From NCBI GenBank assembly GCA_965541585.1, contig CBEUCH010000012.1, positions 1-64,000 of the forward strand: DNA of 64,000 nt. The letters are read 5' to 3'. The notes below the pieces were generated by a model that saw only the letters and a list, made by a program, of their open reading frames with translations, was not told the origin of the DNA and did not search any database. Of the stretch, positions 19,781-27,621 are shown piece after piece (positions within the stretch are counted from its first letter, which is position 1; every line of letters starts with the position of its first letter). Both the position numbers and the translations under genes were made by a program. Source of the stretch: an uncultured bacterium. GTDB taxonomy: Bacteria; Zixibacteria; MSB-5A5; UBA10806.

Positions 19781-20476
19781 ATGAAGAAAATAATCCTTGT
19801 TCTGACAATCGGGCTCTTGATGGCTCCTGCGGCCTATGCTGTTCCCCATCTACAGCTGTTCATCGACGGAGCGACCTATGATGACGTTACCGAGACCTGG
19901 GTCCTCGCGACCGCCGGAAGCTTTGATCTTTACGTCTTAAGCGCGAACGAGCCACATCAAAATGTTTTGGTCAGTATGGCGCTTGGGGGATTTGGCGAAT
20001 TTGAAAATCCTGATGGTATTGTCTCCCTATCAGGTTTTGGTGGACCGGCTATTGATGATTGGACATGGGGTTATTCTCCTTTGGGCTCTGCGCCAGGTTG
20101 GGACAGTAATGAGGATCTACCCCCACATGGAATATATCCGACATGGTTTGCTGAGGCGAATACGGGCAATTATAATATGTCACAGAATGTGGGCGACGTT
20201 AACCCCGGGCCTGATTTCTGGGATCCGACCATAAACGGCCCTGGCCCTGCGAATGCCAGTGGGCAATATAAAGTATTCAGTTTGTCAGTAAGCGCTCCAT
20301 TCGGGACATCAGTGCATTTCGACGCGTACACACTGGATGGCGATGTATTAGACGAATTTGCTCCATTTTCCCATGACGCCTCAACCACTATCATCCCGGA
20401 GCCCGGCACGATACTGCTCATGAGCACCGGCCTTTTTGGCGTGGGGCTTGCAGCTATCAGGCGCAGAAAAAGTTAA
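19781..20476 (+). CDS. PEP-CTERM sorted surface protein (choice-of-anchor N-like)
   Basis: Signal peptide; VPHLQLFIDGATYD; C-terminal IPEPGT-TM-RRRK. Confidence 0.9.
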   Translation: MKKIILVLTIGLLMAPAAYAVPHLQLFIDGATYDDVTETWVLATAGSFDLYVLSANEPHQNVLVSMALGGFGEFENPDGIVSLSGFGGPAIDDWTWGYSPLGSAPGWDSNEDLPPHGIYPTWFAEANTGNYNMSQNVGDVNPGPDFWDPTINGPGPANASGQYKVFSLSVSAPFGTSVHFDAYTLDGDVLDEFAPFSHDASTTIIPEPGTILLMSTGLFGVGLAAIRRRKS

Positions 20477-20501
20477 AAAAAGATAATTCTGATTTTCTTC
20501 C

Positions 20502-20533
20502 AGGCCGCTTCCCGACGAAGCGGCCTTTTTTTT
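20502..20533 (+). terminator. Rho-independent terminator
   Basis: AGGCCGCTTC-CCGAC-GAAGCGGCCT followed by a T-run. Confidence 0.9.
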
Positions 20534-20590
20534 GCCATCTTGCACTTTCCAGGTGTCGATAAATAGAGGAACGTATGAGGGGGAATTATC

Positions 20591-20619
20591 TTGTATAGAC
20601 AGGCAGAGAATATTATAAT
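20591..20619 (+). promoter_or_regulatory. sigma70 promoter of tRNA-Ser
   Basis: TTGTAT-17 nt-TATAAT. Confidence 0.6.
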
Positions 20620-20637
20620 TTTATAACTGACTGTCCG

Positions 20638-20725
20638 GGAGAGGTGGCCGAGTTGGCTGAAGGCAGCTGCCTGCTAAGCAGTTATGGGGGAAACTCCATC
20701 CAGGGTTCGAATCCCTGCCTCTCCG
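20638..20725 (+). tRNA. tRNA-Ser(GCT), CCA not encoded
   Basis: Acceptor stem GGAGAGG/CCTCTCC, anticodon loop CTGCTAA, long variable arm, GGTTCGAATCC T-arm, discriminator G. Confidence 0.97.
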
Positions 20726-20736
20726 TTGTGGTTTTT

Positions 20737-21052
20737 CCACTGTTTTCAATCTATATCCCGGATCATCTTGCGGATGCGGTGAAAAGCTCGAGTCTGATCA
20801 ACTAAACTATCCTCTACGTTGAGAATTCCTCCTATCTTGTGTTTTGGATAGTTCTCTTAGAAAATTGTTGGAAAGCAACTGTCTCGAATATCGATTTCAC
20901 CTATCCATCATATTGATTGGAAAGTCTAGCACGAATTTCAACAATCCCTTTTCTTAATCCAAGATTTTGTTTTCTTAATTGATTGTTGTTGACATTAACT
21001 ATTCAGTAGGCTACACTACCATGAAGAAGCATTGTATAATATTATTTTAGCC
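20737..21052 (+). mobile_element. Full copy B of the ~315-bp dispersed element (recombinase-tail remnant, promoter, attI-like junction)
   Basis: Colinear by eye with the reverse complement of 48713-49029; begins 11 nt after tRNA-Ser. Confidence 0.75.
20989..21017 (+). promoter_or_regulatory. Near-consensus sigma70 promoter within element B
   Basis: TTGACA-17 nt-TACACT, conserved in copy C. Confidence 0.8.
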
Positions 21053-21077
21053 AGATTTACGTGAATAGGGGGAAGAT

Positions 21078-21584
21078 ATGGACAATAGCCTTACACTTAG
21101 GGTCTATCGACGGATTGATAATCGATTTGAAGGCCTGAGCGACGATTCGCCGCGGGCACTGGAGCTGCATAATCGACGCAAGGACGCTCTACATGCGGTC
21201 CTCGACAGTGATCCTGTTATCAGGGTTAGCAAATGGGGAAAAACTGATGACTCTGGTCCGCACGAGTTTGTTGAAGTCGCACTGGGTGCGGCAGCGTCGG
21301 CGGTATTCAAGTACGCAATCGTACCTGGCATCAAGTGGCTGGGCAGTAAGCTTGCGGAGAAAGCAGTTGATACTGCTCTCGGCGAGTTGGCCAAGGCGAT
21401 CGTCGCAAAGCTCCGTCCCAAGCAAGAAGCGAAAGAACTGCTGGATTTCATTCTCAATCTACCGGACGGAACGCAGATCGCTGTGAATCCACCGGGCCGA
21501 TATGCCACGATTACAATCAACTTTGCGGATGGATCGGTGCAGTCACTGGAGTATTCGAAGGCCAGTGATCAGGCTGCCGGCTAA
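21078..21584 (+). CDS. Hypothetical protein, probable integron-type gene cassette
   Basis: GGGGGA SD; its stop codon lies in the R'' box of the downstream attC. Confidence 0.8.
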   Translation: MDNSLTLRVYRRIDNRFEGLSDDSPRALELHNRRKDALHAVLDSDPVIRVSKWGKTDDSGPHEFVEVALGAAASAVFKYAIVPGIKWLGSKLAEKAVDTALGELAKAIVAKLRPKQEAKELLDFILNLPDGTQIAVNPPGRYATITINFADGSVQSLEYSKASDQAAG

Positions 21585-21638
21585 CACCGGCATGCAGCGG
21601 CCGTGGCTCCCCTGCGCCGCTGAAGAGAAACGTTATGT
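21579..21638 (+). mobile_element. attC recombination site (60 bp)
   Basis: GGCTAAC-ACCGG-CATGCAGC...GCTGAAG-AGAAAC-GTTATGT; L boxes pair with one extrahelical base and one mismatch. Confidence 0.8.
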
Positions 21639-21759
21639 GTCTTTTCGAATGAAAGACGCCATGAGGAGACGTAGCGAGGACCCGATGTTATGAGTAACTA
21701 TGTTCTTGAGCTCATAGTATCAATGTAAGATATGAGCAATAGTATAGGCATCTGATTAG

Positions 21760-22554
21760 ATGGAAGAAATCATCAAAACAATGCTAGTCTACGCTGCGGC
21801 AGCGGGCGTTATCTATGCCGCATTTGACCGTTTGGAGAGCCTGGCGGGAGACCAAATCAGAGAAAGGGTCTTACTATTTCTTAAAGGGCAGTTACAAGAC
21901 CAACCAAGTCAACAGTTCTCGAGTCTCTTCGATAGACTCTTTGGGCATAGGCACTTTTCTTGGCGCTGTTTCCTCATAAGCGGTGTTGTTTCGTTAATAG
22001 CTGTCTTCGCTGCCTATATAGGTTTGAACCTTTGGGAAATTGGCGCGCGTCCCCCGGGTACTGCTTTTTATTATATATTGGTGGGCGCTCTGCTAGCTAA
22101 TCTAGTGCCCGATTATCTTTCATTGTTAGAGAGTAGAGTGATCATTCGTTGGTTACCTCGGTTCCGGGTATTAGGCAAGGGATTTTTGCTTCTGTTAGAT
22201 CTCATTATTACTTTTGTGATCTATACATCTTTCTTGCTAACATACGTTTATTTGGGCGAAGGGTATTCTGAGACTTCCTTTGGTAGTTTTCTAGACTCAC
22301 TGTTTGGCGGGAGTGAAGTTCCTAGGATTGTAGTGGCGACCTTTCTTTCAACTTTTTCGACATCGTTATGGATTTATTTCTACATGTTTGGTGTGGGGGC
22401 AACGAAAATGACTCGAAAATGGTATCTCGGAGTAAATCTACTGGAAATTCTGAAGTGGCAGATTCAGCCTGTGCGAGCGGTCGGGTCAATCGCGGCAATT
22501 TATCTATTTGGGCTGCTGTGTGTTATCCGTACGGCTTTTTGGCTGTTCAACTAG
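21760..22554 (+). CDS. Hypothetical integral membrane protein
   Basis: About 6-7 hydrophobic segments; AT-rich. Confidence 0.75.
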   Translation: MEEIIKTMLVYAAAAGVIYAAFDRLESLAGDQIRERVLLFLKGQLQDQPSQQFSSLFDRLFGHRHFSWRCFLISGVVSLIAVFAAYIGLNLWEIGARPPGTAFYYILVGALLANLVPDYLSLLESRVIIRWLPRFRVLGKGFLLLLDLIITFVIYTSFLLTYVYLGEGYSETSFGSFLDSLFGGSEVPRIVVATFLSTFSTSLWIYFYMFGVGATKMTRKWYLGVNLLEILKWQIQPVRAVGSIAAIYLFGLLCVIRTAFWLFN

Positions 22555-22861
22555 TTCATTTACAAAGGCTTTTGGCAGCCGCCAGTCATGATTATTGGGC
22601 CATTATCAAAGATAGCTCTTCGGATATCTGTGCGGATGGTATCGCCCTGGCTAAGGAACAGGATTGCGTGATGAAAGAAGACTGGACAGGGGATTTCATA
22701 TCCTGGGTCTTTCGCCTTGAATAAAGGAACAAGGGGAAAATCTCAAGGGTTGGTGAAGCCTGACCGGGAAGCCGCGGACGACACACGAGATCCGCCGGGA
22801 TGATCTTGCCGATTGGAGATCTGCGCCGCCCGCCCACCCTTGAAAAAAGGAGGCAATTCCG

Positions 22862-24115
22862 ATGGCAACCTGTATAGTAGGTGTTTCTTTCAATAAAGAG
22901 AAATTCACCATGTTGGAAGATGCCTTGAAGACGGCGAATTTCCGCGGTGTTCTGGAATCCAGGTTCTCAGAATCTGGGAAGCCCAAAGATTCGTTCTCGA
23001 TCGTTATCAAGCCGAATCTCATGATGTTTACCCACAGCGAAGACCCGCCCGCTACTTACACCGATCCACAACTCGTCGAACATCTGGTCAAAATACTTCA
23101 GGACGTGGGGTACAAAAACATCAAGTTGGTCGAGGCGCAGAACATCTACGGTAACTGGTACGACAACAGAACTGTGGCTAATGTTTCCGCTGCGGCCGGA
23201 TTCTCTCCAGGAAATCTTGGCTATCAATTCTGTGATCTTACGGAGGAGGCGGAGGGACATGATTACGGTGGGAAATTGCAAAAACATCTTGTAGGCAAGT
23301 CATGGAGAGACGCGGATTTTCGGATCTCGTTTGCCAAGAACAAGACCCATGTGTCCAATCTGTATACGCTGACGTTGAAGAATGTCTACGGCACGCTGCC
23401 TGCTCAGGACAAGGCCTTAGAATATCATGCAAAGAGAGAATGGGACGAGTCGACTCTGGATAACCTCAAGAATTTCCTTGTCCATTTTGGGATTATAGAC
23501 GCAGTTTACAGCGCGGACGGACTACTGGGATTCAAAGGCACTGCCTTCCCCAAGCATACGAAGATGATCCTCGCCAGCTGCAACCTCATCGCCGTGGATA
23601 TCGTGGCAGGTCGGATGATGGGGGTACGTCCTAAGAGAAGCAAACTGACAGCTCTTGCCATCAAGCAATGGGGAATGCCGGAGATAACTCTGAAGGGGAT
23701 AGAAGAAGATTACCGCCATCCGGGGTGGGACAACGTGTCCATTAAAGGGAGAATCTCCAGGTGTTTGTTCAATCTTGTCACTCGAATATGGGGACGACGG
23801 CCGGAGGTTCCGGCCATGTTGGGGAAGAGTTACCTCTATCATCTTCTCCAGGAGAAGATGCCTGAGTTTATGCAGAAAGCCACCGATTTGCTCGAAGAAA
23901 GCTACTTGGGCTTCAATCTTGGGGGGATCATTAGCAATGGTCTGGTGGGAGACAAGATCGACACCGAGCTTTTCCCTCGTAAGAAACATCTTTCTGAGAG
24001 CCTCATTGTGAAGGCCAAAGAGAATCTCAAAGACATCATTTACAACAAGAAAAGAAGGAGGGCGATATTCAGGGACCTATTCGCAAACCTTTTCGGCGAG
24101 AGTGATCAATCATGA
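22862..24115 (+). CDS. DUF362 domain protein (cytoplasmic, C-terminally extended)
   Basis: IVIKPN, YTDP.LV, KNKTH...TLTLKNVYG and IAVD motifs; AAGGAGG SD. Confidence 0.85.
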   Translation: MATCIVGVSFNKEKFTMLEDALKTANFRGVLESRFSESGKPKDSFSIVIKPNLMMFTHSEDPPATYTDPQLVEHLVKILQDVGYKNIKLVEAQNIYGNWYDNRTVANVSAAAGFSPGNLGYQFCDLTEEAEGHDYGGKLQKHLVGKSWRDADFRISFAKNKTHVSNLYTLTLKNVYGTLPAQDKALEYHAKREWDESTLDNLKNFLVHFGIIDAVYSADGLLGFKGTAFPKHTKMILASCNLIAVDIVAGRMMGVRPKRSKLTALAIKQWGMPEITLKGIEEDYRHPGWDNVSIKGRISRCLFNLVTRIWGRRPEVPAMLGKSYLYHLLQEKMPEFMQKATDLLEESYLGFNLGGIISNGLVGDKIDTELFPRKKHLSESLIVKAKENLKDIIYNKKRRRAIFRDLFANLFGESDQS

Positions 24116-24339
24116 AGGTGCTGATTGATTCAGTCGTCACTCAGCCTGGCAACGATATAGTCCTTCCAAAGCTCTGCCTGTTGATTCCGGTCAGGGGCAC
24201 GCTCATTCTTGCGGACATTGAAAAGGAAGGTGGACTCAATTGGGAAGAGAAAAGCAATGTAGACATCAGCAATGATTTTAATGTGGTTGTTACCGTTAAC
24301 GTAACTCGGGTTCGCAAGGAGGTACAGCGAAATGATTAA
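24112..24339 (+). CDS. Small hypothetical protein, coupled to both neighbours
   Basis: ATGA overlap with the DUF362 stop; overlaps the next start. Confidence 0.55.
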   Translation: MKVLIDSVVTQPGNDIVLPKLCLLIPVRGTLILADIEKEGGLNWEEKSNVDISNDFNVVVTVNVTRVRKEVQRND

Positions 24340-26359
24340 TCAAGAAGCGATCATTCAGGAAGCGGAAACACGTATCAAAGATCAAAAAGCGAGGCGCGAC
24401 GAGAACCTCAAGCAGCTTGACAACTTGAGGACAGGCAAAAGATTTGACTGGACCAAGGTCGAGGTACCCACGCGGCTCGCCGAACGAGCACGACGCCTGG
24501 GACTGTTCGAGGCTGCCGGTGCCATATTACGAGATCCTAAGGACATAGAGATCGGGAGACGAGTCTACGAGCAGATCATTGACGTCAACAATATGCTCAG
24601 CGTGACGTTTCTCTCTGAAGGCTCGCGGATGGCACGCGGCGTCGGCCGGGTAACCCTGGAGGTGCCCGGCGGTAAAAGACTGGGAACCGGTTTTATGGTC
24701 TCGCCGCGTATCATGATGACCAACAACCACGTTCTCGGAGATAGTATCGAGGCTGGGAACGCAAATCTGGAGTTCGATTTCTACCGGCGCGAGGAAGGCA
24801 CCACCGGTCCGATCACCAGCTTCCGCTTGCAGCCAGTTCAGTTCTTCGTTACCGATGCACCGCTGGACTTCACGCTGGTCGCTGTCGAGGCGACCAATGC
24901 CGATGGCGTTGACGTGAATGACCGCGGTTGGTTCCCGTTAGTCGGGCCGTCTGGTAAGGCCGTGGTCGGCGAACGCGTGTCCATCATCCACCACCCCAAC
25001 GGCGACCCGCAGATGGTCACGGTGCATGATAACAAGATCGTCGGTGTCGACTTCAATAACGATTTCCTGCATTACGAGACCGACACTATGGGCGGCTCTT
25101 CCGGATCGCCGGTGCTCAACATCAACTGGGATCTGGTCGCACTGCATCATGCGGCGGTGGACCTCAAAAACGAGGGTATTCGGATTAGTTCGATTGTCAC
25201 ACGACTACGGGAAATCTTCGAAAATGAGTCCGGAATGGAACATTCAGATGTAGACACCGCGTTGCTCGCCGAACTGATGGCCGCCAAAAGGCCGCTGAGC
25301 CCCGCCCCGGATCGATTCGATCGCACAATTCCATCAAGTTATAGTCGCGGGCAGATGAACGCTGACGGTACGGCGAGTTGGATCGTGCCGGTCACTCTGA
25401 CCCTTGGAGTCGGCCAGCCCAGTTTACCTGGCGGAGTTGCCGTTCATATCGACTCGCCGGTCACGCCGGGGGGAATCTCAGATCGGGAGCCACCGGTCGA
25501 GGATTCGAATCTGCGCGACGCACTCCAGGCCCTGAAAGACACCGCGGGGCGAGTCTACTATAGCAAAGTAGATGACAAACAGGCGCGGGACGACTACTAT
25601 CCGGACCTAAGAGGTCTCAGTAAAAACCAACGGTACAGAATACTGTCAGAGTTGCTCTCTGAGACCCATACGAAAACGTTGAGCTACAAGAAGGCGCGGT
25701 TGATCCATCTTTATCCCTGGATCGATCGTCGTGAAGGCAGTAGCCAGAGGCTTCGCGGGATCTACTCCAACGAGATCTTCGACGCGCGGGAGGTCATTCG
25801 TCAAGAAGCTACTATGGAACGTCAGCGGGAAAAGGTGATTCGCGAGCGGATGACGCGCGAGTCCTTCGAGACCGTAGATGAGACGTTCCTTGAAGAATTA
25901 GAAGCCGCCTACCCCTTCAACTGCGAGCATGTAGTGCCACAGTCCTGGTTCAACAAGAGAAAGCAGCCTAGAACGGACATGCATCACCTTTTCACCTGTG
26001 AGTGGGGCTGCAATAGTTTCCGGGGGAACCGGGCCTACTTCGACTTTCAGACCGAGGCCTACCGTGATAACTGCGGTGAAAGTAAAAAAGGCAAGTTCGA
26101 GCCGAAAAATGGCAAGGGCGCCGTGGCCAGGGCAACGCTGTACTTCCTACTGCGTTATCCCGAGGACGTTGCCAATAGTAGCAAGGAGATGCCTAAGGAG
26201 CGGCTGAAGACTATAATTAAATGGGCTAGGGAAGACAAGGTCGACCTCTGGGAGCGGCACCGCAACGCCGAAATCCAGAAAGTGCAGGGCAATCGCAACC
26301 CGCTGATCGACTTCCCCGATCTCGTCGATAAGATCAATTTCGAGCTGGGTTGGGCTTAA
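24332..26359 (+). CDS. Trypsin-like (V8-type) serine protease fused to an Endonuclease I (His-Me finger) domain
   Basis: TNNHV, LDFTLV, GSSGSP triad; NCEHVVPQSWF, DMHHLF, CNSFRGN, KGAVARA and QGNRNPLID motifs; no signal peptide. Confidence 0.9.
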   Translation: MINQEAIIQEAETRIKDQKARRDENLKQLDNLRTGKRFDWTKVEVPTRLAERARRLGLFEAAGAILRDPKDIEIGRRVYEQIIDVNNMLSVTFLSEGSRMARGVGRVTLEVPGGKRLGTGFMVSPRIMMTNNHVLGDSIEAGNANLEFDFYRREEGTTGPITSFRLQPVQFFVTDAPLDFTLVAVEATNADGVDVNDRGWFPLVGPSGKAVVGERVSIIHHPNGDPQMVTVHDNKIVGVDFNNDFLHYETDTMGGSSGSPVLNINWDLVALHHAAVDLKNEGIRISSIVTRLREIFENESGMEHSDVDTALLAELMAAKRPLSPAPDRFDRTIPSSYSRGQMNADGTASWIVPVTLTLGVGQPSLPGGVAVHIDSPVTPGGISDREPPVEDSNLRDALQALKDTAGRVYYSKVDDKQARDDYYPDLRGLSKNQRYRILSELLSETHTKTLSYKKARLIHLYPWIDRREGSSQRLRGIYSNEIFDAREVIRQEATMERQREKVIRERMTRESFETVDETFLEELEAAYPFNCEHVVPQSWFNKRKQPRTDMHHLFTCEWGCNSFRGNRAYFDFQTEAYRDNCGESKKGKFEPKNGKGAVARATLYFLLRYPEDVANSSKEMPKERLKTIIKWAREDKVDLWERHRNAEIQKVQGNRNPLIDFPDLVDKINFELGWA

Positions 26360-26416
26360 GATGAGTTAAGCAAGCGCTCTGACGGGCTACAGGGAGCAGT
26401 ATATAATAATACAGCG

Positions 26417-27115
26417 TTATTTGTTGTCTTTGACTCCTCTGGTATACACCTCCTCCCATATTTCAGTCTCTACAAGGTATTCCAGATTCAACTTTTGGGC
26501 TTCTTCCTTCCTTGTGAACACAATATCTTCGACTTCTTTCAATAGTGTTTCCAAATCGCTTTTTTCAGATAGTTCCTCAGATACGGTATTTCCGAGCAGG
26601 TTCATTACCTTGATTGTTACCGGTAGAACGTACTCAAAGCTGTCTTGGATTCCTGTCATCAACTCCTTGTCAAATCTCTCTTCATCCCAGTGGGAATATT
26701 GTGTCCCCGGACCATAATCCGTCTCTGCAGACATATGCTGGAGTTCGGGAATACTTTTTATGTATTCGTCTTTGAATAGCCCGGTATCCTTATAAAACAA
26801 CTGCATCCACTTGTCCCAACCAATACCGGCAGTATGTCCGATTTCATGAACGACGGTTCCTGCGATCTCATAGTCAGTGAATTGGTCAAGATATTTCGTA
26901 TTGAATTCAATCCTGCCATATACAGTGCCGTTGTTGGTGTATGGCCTATATGCTCGTGCGATCGTAAATCCACTGCTTGTGAATATTCCAAGTCTGATGA
27001 CAATCGGTGAGCTTGGAACAATAAATCGATTCCAGAAGTTACAAGCCAGCCTTGCTGTTTTTTTCAGCTTGTCATCTCTATCATCAACAATGTTATAAGT
27101 TATCAGGGCGCTCAT
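26417..27115 (-). CDS. Leishmanolysin-like (M8) zinc metallopeptidase
   Basis: HEIGH, SHWDEE and ELMTG Met-turn motifs. Confidence 0.8.
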   Translation of the reverse strand: MSALITYNIVDDRDDKLKKTARLACNFWNRFIVPSSPIVIRLGIFTSSGFTIARAYRPYTNNGTVYGRIEFNTKYLDQFTDYEIAGTVVHEIGHTAGIGWDKWMQLFYKDTGLFKDEYIKSIPELQHMSAETDYGPGTQYSHWDEERFDKELMTGIQDSFEYVLPVTIKVMNLLGNTVSEELSEKSDLETLLKEVEDIVFTRKEEAQKLNLEYLVETEIWEEVYTRGVKDNK

Positions 27116-27563
27116 TTTTCCTCCTTCAGTGTTTTTGGAATGTTTGACTAATCATTTAATTATTTACTTGTAACAGAGTTTAATCTGCATAGCGCTTTTT
27201 GCTTCCGCTGAATTTGTGTGATGGGCGGCACCTACAAACAGATGGAGAACGTTTGTCATCGCGGCGGTTGCCCTGTAGCCATTTTGTAATTCCAATTAAG
27301 GCAAAACCCTCAGGCGCTTTTTAAAAGGCTCCCAGCATTATCTCCTTGTTTATCCTTGAGCAATCCTCGCAGGTTTCACAAGAACAACTAACTACATTCC
27401 ACATGGCTAACCCAGCAAAGGTTAGCATTTGAAAAAACATTCCCGGGGGGATGGGAAACTCGTTCTATAAAAAGAGATTCTCGCCGAGGTATGTCAAGGA
27501 TTTTTTCGAACTTTAGTCATACTCGTCTTGAATCCCCGACCGGAGCTACATCAGGTAGTATTG

Positions 27564-27590
27564 AAAAGCGGGCTGCCGCAGGACAGCCCC
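27564..27590 (-). terminator. Rho-independent terminator after the C25 gene
   Basis: GGGCTG-TCCTGCGG-CAGCCC hairpin followed by GCTTTT on the minus strand. Confidence 0.6.
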
Positions 27591-27621
27591 TCATCCTATT
27601 TTTGAGATCACGACCTTTGCC

